Made by a program: the position numbers and the translations under genes. A stretch of DNA of 35,974 nt from Caldisphaera sp. (GTDB taxonomy: Archaea; Thermoproteota; Thermoprotei_A; Sulfolobales; Acidilobaceae), in contig JBMFKU010000014.1 of NCBI GenBank assembly GCA_049971805.1, positions 1 to 35,974 of the forward strand, read 5' to 3'. The notes under the pieces are model-generated. The model did not search any database, was not told the DNA's origin, and worked only from the letters and a program-made list of their open reading frames with translations. Shown here in pieces: positions 17,350 through 27,974 of the stretch (position 1 is its first letter; each line of letters begins with the position of its first letter).

Positions 17350-18769
17350 CAGCTATTATGCCAGATAGGCCAGTAATTTCTTCTACAAAAGCTCCTAATT
17401 TTATTAAGATTTCTTCATCAAATGGACTACTCATAAATTGTATTCCTATTGGTAAATTATTATAAAACCCTGCAGGCATTGCCAAAGCAGGTACCCCTGC
17501 TAAATTAGCTACAACTGTATATATATCCATAGCATATAGTTTTAGCGGATCGCTTATCCTTTCTCCTAGTTTAGGAGGTAGTATCGGAGAAACAGGACTT
17601 ACAATTATGCAATCCTTTGTTAAATTTAAAATTTCATCCCTGATAATTCTTCTACCTTTTGTTGCTGCTATGTAATAGTCATTTATAAATCCCTCGCTCA
17701 GAGCTAAAACGCCCATCATAATTCTTTTCTTAACTTCGAACCCGAAGTTTATTGTTCTAGTTTTTTCACTAGTTTCTTTATATGTCTTTTCTATAGAAAT
17801 GTTCGGATACAATTTGCCATCATACCTAGAAAGATTGCTAGCAGCTTCAGCAAAGGCTATTGTATAATATGTAGGTAATGCGTATTTTAAACTGTTTAAT
17901 TTTCTATCATATTCAATAACCAATCCCTCCGACTCTAACTTATTTAATATATTAATAATTGTGGCCTTTATAGGCTTATCTGAATCTTTTATTAACTCTT
18001 CAGGCATGCATAGCCTAATTTTTTTATCCTCGTGTTTTGGTATTACATCGTTTCTTAAACTTGTTGCGTCTTTTTCATCAAAACCTTTTATTACATCTAA
18101 TAATAAAGCAACATCCTTAACACTTCTTGCCATAGGGCTTATTTGCTCTAAACTGTTTGCGTAAGGTATAAGCCCATATCTGCTTACTGTTCCATAGGTA
18201 GGTTTTAGACCCACGACAGATGTATAAGATGCGGGTAACCGTACAGAGCCTCCAGTATCGCTGCCTAAGGATAAATCTGCACTTCCATAAGATAGGCTAG
18301 CTGCACTTCCTCCGCTACTTCCTCCTGGAACTCTGCTTAGATCCCATGGATTTTTTGTCGGTCCATACGCACTAAATTCAGTTGTGCTACCCATTGCAAA
18401 CTCATCTAAATTTGTTTTACCTATTATTATTCCTCCTTCATTCAATATCTTTTCTATTACAGTGGCATTATAGGGTGGTATATAATTTTCTAAAATTTTT
18501 GAACCTGCTGTTGTTGGTAAAAAATTGGTAGATATGTTATCTTTAATGCTTACAATTAATCCTGCTAGTTTCAATTTTTTGCCTTGTTTTATTTTGTTTT
18601 TTATTTCATTTGCTCTTTCAATTAAAAAATCTTCAGAATCTAATGATATGTATGCATTGATGTTAATATCTTTTTTTCTGATCCTTTCTAATTTTTTTAA
18701 AACATAGTCTTCTAGATCTACGTTTCCATAAACTATATCTTGCCTTATATCTATGGCCTGTTGCTTCAT
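17342..18769 (-). CDS. gatA: Asp-tRNA(Asn)/Glu-tRNA(Gln) amidotransferase subunit A
   Basis: Amidase signature KTNLDEFAMGS, PGGSSGGSAA, GSDTGGSVRLPA and SNLSRYDG. ATG 18769 overlaps the gatC stop (TAATG). Confidence 0.96.
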   Translation of the reverse strand: MKQQAIDIRQDIVYGNVDLEDYVLKKLERIRKKDININAYISLDSEDFLIERANEIKNKIKQGKKLKLAGLIVSIKDNISTNFLPTTAGSKILENYIPPYNATVIEKILNEGGIIIGKTNLDEFAMGSTTEFSAYGPTKNPWDLSRVPGGSSGGSAASLSYGSADLSLGSDTGGSVRLPASYTSVVGLKPTYGTVSRYGLIPYANSLEQISPMARSVKDVALLLDVIKGFDEKDATSLRNDVIPKHEDKKIRLCMPEELIKDSDKPIKATIINILNKLESEGLVIEYDRKLNSLKYALPTYYTIAFAEAASNLSRYDGKLYPNISIEKTYKETSEKTRTINFGFEVKKRIMMGVLALSEGFINDYYIAATKGRRIIRDEILNLTKDCIIVSPVSPILPPKLGERISDPLKLYAMDIYTVVANLAGVPALAMPAGFYNNLPIGIQFMSSPFDEEILIKLGAFVEEITGLSGIIAGD

Positions 18770-19065
18770 TATTCCCCTCTCCATGGTATTTTAACTTTTT
18801 TGTCCAATAATCTATCTTCTGGAATCATTTCATCTAACCTAACTTTTGGAATTTCTATATAATATGGTGGTTCTAATAAACCATCCCATACATTATACAA
18901 TGGCTTTACATCATATTTTCCTATAGACGAAACTTGTTTTAATAACATTTGTATCTTTTCTATGTCTTCGCAAAGTTTTTCAGTTTCATTCTCCTTAAAG
19001 CTTAATCTAGACAAATTCATGAGCAATTCAATAAATTTTTTACATTCTTCTCTCATTATGCCCAC
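18769..19065 (-). CDS. gatC: Amidotransferase subunit C (divergent)
   Basis: 98 aa with L..LSRL and a C-terminal VKIP motif; translationally coupled upstream of gatA. Confidence 0.75.
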   Translation of the reverse strand: MGIMREECKKFIELLMNLSRLSFKENETEKLCEDIEKIQMLLKQVSSIGKYDVKPLYNVWDGLLEPPYYIEIPKVRLDEMIPEDRLLDKKVKIPWRGE

Positions 19066-19089
19066 AATTTATAAAAGTTCACAGCAAAA

Positions 19090-20133
19090 TTAAACTTTTT
19101 TGTTTAAATTCCTTAGCATCTCTAAAGAAACTTGGGATTCTATTATATCTATTGAATACGCAAGAGCTCTTCTTAATCCATCAAATATAGGATATAACTC
19201 GTAAAAATATTTTGAACCCCTTAAAGATTTTATTAAATCTATTTCATTTTCTATTAATCCATGTAGATTAGAATAACTTTTTACGAGCTCATCTATGTTT
19301 ATTTCACTTTCTATACAATTTGTTACTTTAATAACTTCATTCTTAACTTTATTTATGAAGTTTAGCAATTCTTCAGGCATCTCTATATCTTTTATAGTAT
19401 CAACAAGCCATGATGACATGGATACTATATGATCTGCTATCCTCTCAATACTTTTAATAGTTGTATATATGTTTACAGTTTCTTTTAGATCTTTCATTCC
19501 AAGATCTTCAGTTCTTACGCTACCTTGTAGGGCCAGATTAATTTGCTTAGATATGTATAGGTAAAGTTTATCTATTACATCATCTCTTTTTATAATACTA
19601 CTTAAAGTTTCTACATCTTTATTTGTTATAGAGTTTATAAAGTCGTCTGTCATGGTTTTAAGCATTTTTATCATAGTGTTTGCTGCTTGTTTTACAGATA
19701 TTAATGTTAAATCTACAACAACTTGTAAAAGTATGCTATTTTCAGTTTGCTCAATTATATCTAAGCCTACAACTTTATTTCTTACTGTATTTACTATATT
19801 TTCAACTCTTTCTGATATGAATGGAGAAAAAATTAATTTAATTGAATTGTAGCCTGCTAAATATGCTGATATTATTTCCATAATTATTGCAGAGTCAAGC
19901 AATCTAGGATCTATATCAATCTCCTTGATCTTTTTCTTATTATATTCTTCTTTGATTTTTGGGTTGTATAATTTAATAGAGCCATCATTTAACATTTCCA
20001 TTAGAATATCTTCGCCCTTATCTATGCTTAGTTTTTTTGCCCATTCTTTAGGTATCGAAATTATATAAGTTGATCCCCCAGTTATCTGTACTTTTCTTAA
20101 TAATACATTTTCTTTTTGGTTTACCTCAGTCAT
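19090..20133 (-). CDS. phoU: Archaeal PhoU-family phosphate uptake regulator with N-terminal AbrB domain
   Basis: RKVQITGGSTYIISIPKEW (AbrB), SAYLAGY, RDDVIDKLY and ERIADH (PhoU). Confidence 0.9.
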   Translation of the reverse strand: MTEVNQKENVLLRKVQITGGSTYIISIPKEWAKKLSIDKGEDILMEMLNDGSIKLYNPKIKEEYNKKKIKEIDIDPRLLDSAIIMEIISAYLAGYNSIKLIFSPFISERVENIVNTVRNKVVGLDIIEQTENSILLQVVVDLTLISVKQAANTMIKMLKTMTDDFINSITNKDVETLSSIIKRDDVIDKLYLYISKQINLALQGSVRTEDLGMKDLKETVNIYTTIKSIERIADHIVSMSSWLVDTIKDIEMPEELLNFINKVKNEVIKVTNCIESEINIDELVKSYSNLHGLIENEIDLIKSLRGSKYFYELYPIFDGLRRALAYSIDIIESQVSLEMLRNLNKKV

Positions 20134-20176
20134 TTTTATCCCTATATAGATCTATAAAGTAAAAATTAAATATATA

Positions 20177-21727
20177 TCATTCTAATGGTATACCTTCCAA
20201 GGCCCTTGCAGAGTGCACTCCTATTATTCTTATACTTCTAATAAAGCTTAATTTTGGATATTTTTTCTTTACAATTACCATCAACGGGTAACTACCAACT
20301 TGCCTTGCGAGGCAATACTCATTTTCACAGCCTTCTATCCATAGATCTTTTAAAATTGTTCCATTGGGAGCAATTAAGGAAAGCATTGCTGGGTCAAACT
20401 TTTTTCTAACAAAGTATTTGAATGATTTTTCTAAAGGCTCTTGTCTATCAATTTTAAATTTCATTTTAGATACTTTTGTTGCCTCTATAACAAGTAAATT
20501 TCTAATATTAACTCTTCTAACAAGTAATTTTTTACTTAAAAGGTCTTGTAAAAATTTTTTATTGTAATAATATGTTTCTTTAGATTCTCCAGGCAAACCC
20601 AATATGAAGTTAATACCAGGCAGGATTTCTGGTAAACCATTATATCCAATTTGCCTTCCAATTTTATTTACTATTTCTATTGATTTGATAGCATCTTCGT
20701 ATTGAACTTTTAGGTTATTAATTTTTATTACTTTCGGATCTAAAGATTCTATGCCAAATGCTGCCACATCACCAGGTGTATGGTATTTCACTATTTTTGT
20801 TAAGGCTAAAAGAGATTCGTTTGGATGCCTAGAGATTGTTCCTGGGTTGACATTATCTATGTGAAGAACATTTAGATTAGGGGCATAAAATCTTATTCCA
20901 TAAAACAATTTTTCTATCGTTTCTGGCTCTGGAACTGGCCATTCTTCTTCGCCAAGAGTTTTTGATCCATAAACTAAAATGTCTGCCTGCCTTCCCAATC
21001 TAAATGCTCTACCTCCATTTTTATATAATGCACTTATCTCATTTACAATACCCTCAACTTTTCTATCAATAGGCTTTCCTCTTAATGGTTCTACACAATA
21101 ACTGCAACCACCGCTAATCCATCTAGCACATCCTCTGTATGTTTCTATTTCTATAATCAGGTTTTTTCCATAGTTAGGATGTTGCTTAATTATTTTAGCC
21201 CCCTTTATAGAAAACTTATCTACTTGATCGTAATTTCCCCTTATTTTATAAGGTGCAGCATAGCTTTCCCCATATTTTAAAAATTCATAAAAATATAATT
21301 CTGGGTCACCAGTTACTAGCACATCAAACCCTGCTTTTTTAAAGTTTATCGGACTAAATGCCTTTTTTCCACCTTCACCAATACCCCACTTTGCAGCAGG
21401 CCCAACAAGAACTTTAAAAGGATTTTTTATTAGCCTGGCCCATAAAGAAAGCTCTTCACCAGTAGCTGGTTTTCCACCTATATATTTTCCTGGTACAACA
21501 ACGCCGGCTATGAAAATTAATAAATCATAATTATTTGCTCTGCTAATCCATTGCTTATTCCTAAACGCATCAACGGTAACATAATCAATTCTTAGCGACT
21601 CATAGACAGACCAAATAGCTCCTGATATATACCTTGGATATACATCTATATATGGCGGAACTCCCAATCCTCCTGGTTCATCATTATATCCATCAATTAT
21701 TAATATCTTGTTATAATTTGCCATCAT
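20177..21727 (-). CDS. Uncharacterised radical SAM protein (COG1031-like)
   Basis: DGYNDEPGGLGVPPY N-terminus, ETYRGC-X7-CSYC cluster motif, FRLGRQ, HIDNVNP, N..LGLPGE, RRVNIR and a C-terminal RQVGSYP TRAM-like region. Confidence 0.88.
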   Translation of the reverse strand: MMANYNKILIIDGYNDEPGGLGVPPYIDVYPRYISGAIWSVYESLRIDYVTVDAFRNKQWISRANNYDLLIFIAGVVVPGKYIGGKPATGEELSLWARLIKNPFKVLVGPAAKWGIGEGGKKAFSPINFKKAGFDVLVTGDPELYFYEFLKYGESYAAPYKIRGNYDQVDKFSIKGAKIIKQHPNYGKNLIIEIETYRGCARWISGGCSYCVEPLRGKPIDRKVEGIVNEISALYKNGGRAFRLGRQADILVYGSKTLGEEEWPVPEPETIEKLFYGIRFYAPNLNVLHIDNVNPGTISRHPNESLLALTKIVKYHTPGDVAAFGIESLDPKVIKINNLKVQYEDAIKSIEIVNKIGRQIGYNGLPEILPGINFILGLPGESKETYYYNKKFLQDLLSKKLLVRRVNIRNLLVIEATKVSKMKFKIDRQEPLEKSFKYFVRKKFDPAMLSLIAPNGTILKDLWIEGCENEYCLARQVGSYPLMVIVKKKYPKLSFIRSIRIIGVHSARALEGIPLE

Positions 21728-21866
21728 TAATCACAGGCTTTTCCTACATATATTTTATTTATTATAATTAAAAATTTTTGTTTTACATACTAGACTAATA
21801 GGTTTATCTGTTGTTTATTATGAGCTTTAATAATGTTTATTAATGTCTAAATTATATTTCAATAAT

Positions 21867-22781
21867 TTATTTATCTGACCTTAGGTAAGAAAACAGCATT
21901 CCTATTGTTATTATTAAAATAGTAACTAAGGCATCAACAAAATTTGGTATGTGAAATCCATAATATCCTTTTGTATATTTATATAGAAAACTTAATATAG
22001 AGGCTACTCCTAGATATCCCAGACCAATTGAAAGAAATCCTTCAATGTGAGGAATATTGCTTAGTGATTTGTTTATATTAAAATAAATAGATCTTATAAT
22101 CATTGTACCAAATATTGTTGATGAATATGCTAATATTTCGCTTTTCGTTAATAGGATAATAGCTGGTACAGAATCGGTAGCAAATATTATATCAGCAATT
22201 TCTATTGCTATTATAGCTATAAGTAATTTTGTTGGAATTGTTTTTCTATCTTTTTTTATAAATAATCTATCCTCATTTTGAGAATAATTAATTTTTAGAA
22301 TTTTGGTAATAGATTGCAGAAGTGTGTTCTTTTCTTTTTCCTTCTTATTTCTGATCTTGTTTATTTCATTTTTCCCTAAATAGACTGCTGAAAAAATTAC
22401 CAATGATGATAATATTAATGAACCTACTTCTAGCGAATTTAGTATGGTTATTCCAACATAAACAAATAAAAACCTAAGTAAAACTGCTGAGTAAGATCCT
22501 ATAATTAATGCTTTTTCTTGGTTTGAGATTTCAAATTCTTTAAATATGAGCAAAAATATCATTATATTATCTAAGCTTAAAGAAATTTCTAGCAAATAAG
22601 CTGATATAAAGATAAAACCATCATTAAAGTTAAAAATGGAAATAATTGAAAAAAAGAAAAATGCTAATAATAACCAAAGAAACAATTTAAATCTATTATT
22701 TTTTATAAAGAATTCAAGAGATACACCAATAATTAATAATATAAATAAAATTAAAAAAAATTCAAGAGATATCAATACCAT
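21867..22781 (-). CDS. TerC family integral membrane protein
   Basis: LEISLSLDNI, ALIIG...LR and IEIADIIFATDSVPA motifs. Confidence 0.9.
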   Translation of the reverse strand: MVLISLEFFLILFILLIIGVSLEFFIKNNRFKLFLWLLLAFFFFSIISIFNFNDGFIFISAYLLEISLSLDNIMIFLLIFKEFEISNQEKALIIGSYSAVLLRFLFVYVGITILNSLEVGSLILSSLVIFSAVYLGKNEINKIRNKKEKEKNTLLQSITKILKINYSQNEDRLFIKKDRKTIPTKLLIAIIAIEIADIIFATDSVPAIILLTKSEILAYSSTIFGTMIIRSIYFNINKSLSNIPHIEGFLSIGLGYLGVASILSFLYKYTKGYYGFHIPNFVDALVTILIITIGMLFSYLRSDK

Positions 22782-22791
22782 TACCTTTTCT

Positions 22792-24120
22792 TCATGGCGT
22801 TATCCTTTCCGTATCTCTAGGTAATAGTCTAGCCTCTCTAATATTTTCTAGATTTAATGATTGTTTGACTATCCTTTCCAATCCTAATCCAACTCCTCCA
22901 TGAGGTGGTGTACCATCTTTGAAGAAGTCCAAATAGAACTTAAACCTGTTCTTATCAAGTCCTTTATCATTTAGGTTTTTGATAAGCATATCATATCTAT
23001 GCTCTCTCTGACTTCCTGTAGCAACTTCTAACCCTCTAAACAATAAATCAAATCCATATGTGAATTGTTCATCATCTTTTTTTCTCATTGTATAGAATGG
23101 TCTTACTTTCCATGGATATTCAGTAACAAATACAAAGTCGCTATTGAATTCTTTTTTAACATAGTCTCCTATTAATTTTTCAGCCTCTGTGTCTAAATCA
23201 TCACCAAATTCTAAGTGTTTTTTATAATTTGATTCCAATATTTCATACACATTTTTTATAGGTATTCTAGGAATTTTTTCTGGAATTTGTATATCAATTT
23301 TATAATAGTCCCTAACCCCTTTAATGTAACTATCCGAGTTTGCGCTTTCAGCAATTTTTCTAAAGAATCCTTCTACCATACCCATAACATCTTCAGGACC
23401 TTCTATAAATCCCATTTCAAAGTCCATTCCGTGAAATTCTGATAGATGCCTTACTGTATGGTGGGATTCTGCTCTAAAAACTGGACCAATTTCGAAAACC
23501 CTTTCCAATCCTGATATTACCGCTAGCTGTTTATAAAACTGAGGGCTTTGAGCTAAATATGCTTCTTTACCAAAATAGATCACAGGAAAAACTTCTGCCC
23601 CCCCTTCTGTACCTGTTGCAACTATCTTTGGGGTAAATATTTCTACAAAACCTTTATTAGTTAAATATTCTCTAAATATTTTTGCTATCCATGAAGCAAA
23701 TATGAAAATTGAGGAAACCTTACTGTTCCTTACATCTAGCCATCTATAATCAAGCCTTACATTGAACTGTGCATCGGTGCTTGTATCTGGATCTAATGGC
23801 AAGGGTTCATATGGCTTGTTTAATAGGTTAAGCTCTTTTGCTTGTATTTCTAACTTTAAAGCAGATTTGCCTTCAGTTAAAATTCCTTTAATGCAAATTA
23901 CCGACTCTTTTATCAATTCTTTGGATTTATCTATAATATCATCTGGAGAAATGCCTTTTTTAAAAACAACTTGTATTATTCCTGTTCTGTCCCTAAGTAG
24001 AACAAATTTTACTCCTCCCAAATCTCTTATATTGCTTACCCATCCGCATACCTTTACTTCCTTTTCTAAAAGATCTTTTTGTGTATCATAAATTTCTTGA
24101 ATGAAATTGTTTTTTATCAT
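22792..24120 (-). CDS. aspS: Aspartyl-tRNA synthetase, archaeal type
   Basis: OB-fold GWV..IRDLGG..F..LRD, TEGGAEVF, LAQSPQFYKQ, FRAE, GSQREH and PPHGGVGLGLER. Confidence 0.96.
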   Translation of the reverse strand: MIKNNFIQEIYDTQKDLLEKEVKVCGWVSNIRDLGGVKFVLLRDRTGIIQVVFKKGISPDDIIDKSKELIKESVICIKGILTEGKSALKLEIQAKELNLLNKPYEPLPLDPDTSTDAQFNVRLDYRWLDVRNSKVSSIFIFASWIAKIFREYLTNKGFVEIFTPKIVATGTEGGAEVFPVIYFGKEAYLAQSPQFYKQLAVISGLERVFEIGPVFRAESHHTVRHLSEFHGMDFEMGFIEGPEDVMGMVEGFFRKIAESANSDSYIKGVRDYYKIDIQIPEKIPRIPIKNVYEILESNYKKHLEFGDDLDTEAEKLIGDYVKKEFNSDFVFVTEYPWKVRPFYTMRKKDDEQFTYGFDLLFRGLEVATGSQREHRYDMLIKNLNDKGLDKNRFKFYLDFFKDGTPPHGGVGLGLERIVKQSLNLENIREARLLPRDTERITP

Positions 24121-24290
24121 TTTTATCCCCGATATAAAATGTTTTATTTGTTTTTAACTTTTTTTGACCATCATTTGTATTTCTAAATTACGAAAATTAC
24201 TTCACTGTAAATACTTTAACTAATAAACTGGTAGATTAATTAGTCTTAAATGCAGAAAAAGAAATAATAGAGCTGCTCTGGGGATTTAAT

Positions 24291-26924
24291 TTGAAGGATG
24301 AAAAAATACTTTCAATGCTTAGGCCTTACGTGGCTAGCTGGTTTTATGAGAAATTTAATGGCTTTACAGATCCCCAGAAGTATGCAATTCCTCTTATTAA
24401 GCAAGGGAAAAATGTATTGGTTTCTAGCCCAACTGGAACTGGTAAGACATTATCAGTTTTTTTGGCAATAATAGATGACCTTTTTTATTTAGGTGAAAAA
24501 AATGAATTAAAAGATCAGATCTATGCAATTTATATTAGTCCATTAAGGGCTTTGGATAATGATATGGAAAGAAATTTAGTAAATCCATTAAAAGAAATAT
24601 ATGAAAAAGCTAATAAAATGGGGATAAGTGTACCAGAAATAAGGGTTGGAGTTAGAACAAGCGATACTCCAGCAAATGTAAAGCAAAAGATGCTGAGGTC
24701 GCCCCCTCATATAATTATAACAACACCGGAATCTTTGAGCATTAGTTTGTCTGCACCAAAGTTTAAAGAAAAACTCTCAACAGCTAAATGGGTAATTGTC
24801 GATGAAATACATGAATTAGCATCAAGTAAAAGAGGTGCCCATTTATCATTAAGTCTTGAAAGGCTAGATTATTTAGTTAATCAAAGAAATAATACAACTA
24901 TTCAAAGAATTGGATTATCTGCAACAATATCCCCATTAGAAGAAGTAGCAAAATTTTTAGGAGGTTATGTTAATGGAGAACCTAGAAATGTTGAGATAGT
25001 TGATGCTAGATTTTCTAAACCATTTGATATAAGGGTTATAACACCAAAAACCGATCTAATACATGGAAGCTCGGATGAAATTAATAACGAGATATATGAA
25101 ACATTAGCAAAACTGGTTTCAGAATCAAGAACAACCCTTGTTTTCACAAATACAAGAAGCGCAACAGAAAGGGTTTCGTTTAAATTAAAGAAATTGTTAT
25201 CAAGCAGAAAGATGATAGATCTAGATGAAATCGAAGCACATCATAGTAGCTTATCAAGAGATGTTAGGCTTGATGTAGAAGAAAAATTAAAAAAAGGCAA
25301 GCTAAGGGTTGTTGTATCTAGTACTAGCCTTGAGTTGGGAATAGATATTGGTTATATAGATTTGGTTGTTTTGTTAAGTAGTCCGAAAAGTGTAAGTAGA
25401 TTATTACAAAGAATTGGAAGAGCTGGCCATCACATAACACAGACGAGCAAAGGCAGAATAATTGTAGTAGATAGGGACGATCTAATAGAATGTACTGTGT
25501 TAGCAAAAAATGCATTAGACAGACAAATAGATAATGTTAGAATTCCTATGAATCCATTAGATGTGTTATCACAGCAATTAGTGGGTATGTCAATTGATCA
25601 GAAATGGGATATAGATGAGGCCTTTGAATTAATAAAAAGATCATACAATTATCATAATCTTTCAAGAGAGGAATTTATACAAGTTTTAAATTACTTAGCT
25701 GGAAAGCATGGATTAGAAAATGAAAAAGTTTATCCAAAAATATGGTTAGATGATAATGACCATATGTTTGGTAGAAAAAAAGGATCTAGAATGATATACC
25801 AATTAAACTCTGGTACAATACCTGATGAAGCAAAAATTAGAGTAGTAACAAAGGATAGAAAATACGTAGGAAATCTGGAAGAAGAGTTTGTAGAGATTTT
25901 AGAAGAAGGAGATATTTTTATTTTAGGGGGTAAAACTTACAAGTTTTTAAAAAGCAAGGGTATGGAAATAACCGTTGAAAGTGCTGAAGGTAAAAAACCC
26001 ACTGTGCCCGAATGGTTTAGCGAAATGTTACCATTAAGTTTTGATAGCGCACTAAAAGTAGGAGAATTTAGAGAAAAAATTGGTAAATTAATTAAAGAAA
26101 AAAACTATAATGAAGCTAAGAAAATTTTGATGGACAATTATTTGCTAGAAGAGCATGCAGCAGACGAGATAATAAAGTATGTATGGGAAGAATTGGCTTA
26201 TGTAAATCATGTTCCAGGAAATAAAAATATATTGATCGAATATTTTAAAGATGATGAAGGCTGGAATATAGTATTTCATATGCTATTTGGAAGAAGGGCT
26301 AATGATGCTTTATCTAGGGCTTATGCAAGCATTTTATCAAACGAGCTAAATGTACCAATTAAAGTAACAGTTACAGATAACGGATTTATGCTATCATATC
26401 AAGAAGAAAAGGAATTAAATAAAGAAATAATAAGTAATGTTATTAAGGAATTAAATAAAGAAAATTTAAGGGTCATATTAGAAAGTGCTTTAAAAAGAAC
26501 AGAAATGATGAGAAGAAGATTTAGGCATGTAGCTCAAAGAAGTTTCATGATACTTAGAAGATATAAGGGTTGGGAAAGAAGTCCAGAAAGAATGCAATTG
26601 AGTGCTCAAAAGTTGTTGGATTTATTAATAGAAGAAATGCCTGATCTACCTGTAATTAGGGAAACATTTAGAGAAATATTAGAAGATTACATGGATATCA
26701 AAGCTGCTAAAAAAATATTGGAATTAATAGAAAATGGTGAAATAAAAATAAACATAGCTGGTCCATTGAGATATCCATCACCAATGGCTCATAGTATAGT
26801 TGCAAAGGGATATAGCGATGTTGTATTAATGGGGGACAGAAGGAAAATAATTGAACTTCTCCATGAGAAAATTATGGAAATAATAAAAAGCTCCGAAAAA
26901 GAAAAAGGGATCGAGCTAACATAG
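24291..26924 (+). CDS. lhr: Lhr-family ATP-dependent SF2 helicase
   Basis: SPTGTGKT, SPLRAL, TTPESL, DEIHEL, GLSAT, HHSSLS, SLELGIDIG, QRIGRAGH and GTIPD; 877 aa. Confidence 0.94.
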   Translation: MKDEKILSMLRPYVASWFYEKFNGFTDPQKYAIPLIKQGKNVLVSSPTGTGKTLSVFLAIIDDLFYLGEKNELKDQIYAIYISPLRALDNDMERNLVNPLKEIYEKANKMGISVPEIRVGVRTSDTPANVKQKMLRSPPHIIITTPESLSISLSAPKFKEKLSTAKWVIVDEIHELASSKRGAHLSLSLERLDYLVNQRNNTTIQRIGLSATISPLEEVAKFLGGYVNGEPRNVEIVDARFSKPFDIRVITPKTDLIHGSSDEINNEIYETLAKLVSESRTTLVFTNTRSATERVSFKLKKLLSSRKMIDLDEIEAHHSSLSRDVRLDVEEKLKKGKLRVVVSSTSLELGIDIGYIDLVVLLSSPKSVSRLLQRIGRAGHHITQTSKGRIIVVDRDDLIECTVLAKNALDRQIDNVRIPMNPLDVLSQQLVGMSIDQKWDIDEAFELIKRSYNYHNLSREEFIQVLNYLAGKHGLENEKVYPKIWLDDNDHMFGRKKGSRMIYQLNSGTIPDEAKIRVVTKDRKYVGNLEEEFVEILEEGDIFILGGKTYKFLKSKGMEITVESAEGKKPTVPEWFSEMLPLSFDSALKVGEFREKIGKLIKEKNYNEAKKILMDNYLLEEHAADEIIKYVWEELAYVNHVPGNKNILIEYFKDDEGWNIVFHMLFGRRANDALSRAYASILSNELNVPIKVTVTDNGFMLSYQEEKELNKEIISNVIKELNKENLRVILESALKRTEMMRRRFRHVAQRSFMILRRYKGWERSPERMQLSAQKLLDLLIEEMPDLPVIRETFREILEDYMDIKAAKKILELIENGEIKINIAGPLRYPSPMAHSIVAKGYSDVVLMGDRRKIIELLHEKIMEIIKSSEKEKGIELT

Positions 26925-26933
26925 TTTTATATT

Positions 26934-27974
26934 TTATTCAAGATTAGTTTCATGCTCGATTTCTTGGAAAGCAGATAAAGAAATACCTGTATAGTAAACC
27001 TTCTTTAATACATAATTGATTAAAAAAGATTTATTTATTATTGACAACAGATAAATATAAAATGGTAATCTAAGAATCGCACCTGAAGCTCTTATATGTC
27101 CCCCGCCTCCAAATTCTTTAGCTATTATTTGAACATTGGCTTTCTCTTTGCTTCTTAATGAAATGCTAACAATTCTTGCAGATTTTTTCTTTATAATTAC
27201 AGCAATAGCAGCATCTTCTCTAGATAAGATCATTGCGCCGACTAAACTATCGGACGGTATATCATTTTCTTTATATACAGCAGCTATTTTTTTGTTGCTA
27301 TTCCCATATGTCTTAAGTGTAGATAAAATTGAATCAAAACCATTAAGCTCTTTCTTTAAATAATCATTAAGATGATCCCTTAATTCATCATCCCAAATTA
27401 TACCATTAAAAAATTTTTCAATTACTTTCATTTTCCATTCTCTCCCTTCTTGATTATTCTTTGCATATGTTGCTCTAAACAATTTTGGGCCTAATTCATC
27501 ATCCCATTTCCAGATATCTGATGCACAAATTGCTTTCTCTAATTTTAATAAAAAAGGATCATCTTTAGATTTAAATATATTAATTGAATATTTTGCAACA
27601 ACGCCCGTACCGCAGGTGCTTTTATCTATAAAAAGCTCAACTCCTATAGATTTTAATTTAGCTATTTTTGATTGATCCCATATATGATGATCGTACCATT
27701 GAACCCTTCCTCCATTTTCTAGAATTTTATTTAATCCGTTTATTACATTATCAAAATTTGAATCGTTGGAGCCTATATCTATTAATGCAAGCATATCTCC
27801 TTTTTTTATAGAATCTATAATCCCACTTAATGCCTCATCTACATTATAAGGCTCTGAAAAAATTATAGTAGTTTCTTCAGGTCTTTTGTTTAATACTCTC
27901 ATTAATGCAGCTGCCCCACCCATACCATCTAAATCTGTATGTGTTATTATAAATAGATTGTTAACATAATCCAT
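26934..27974 (-). CDS. DHH/DHHA1 family phosphoesterase
   Basis: THTDLDG, DIG, WYDHH, SLRS and GGGGHIRASGA. Confidence 0.92.
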   Translation of the reverse strand: MDYVNNLFIITHTDLDGMGGAAALMRVLNKRPEETTIIFSEPYNVDEALSGIIDSIKKGDMLALIDIGSNDSNFDNVINGLNKILENGGRVQWYDHHIWDQSKIAKLKSIGVELFIDKSTCGTGVVAKYSINIFKSKDDPFLLKLEKAICASDIWKWDDELGPKLFRATYAKNNQEGREWKMKVIEKFFNGIIWDDELRDHLNDYLKKELNGFDSILSTLKTYGNSNKKIAAVYKENDIPSDSLVGAMILSREDAAIAVIIKKKSARIVSISLRSKEKANVQIIAKEFGGGGHIRASGAILRLPFYIYLLSIINKSFLINYVLKKVYYTGISLSAFQEIEHETNLE

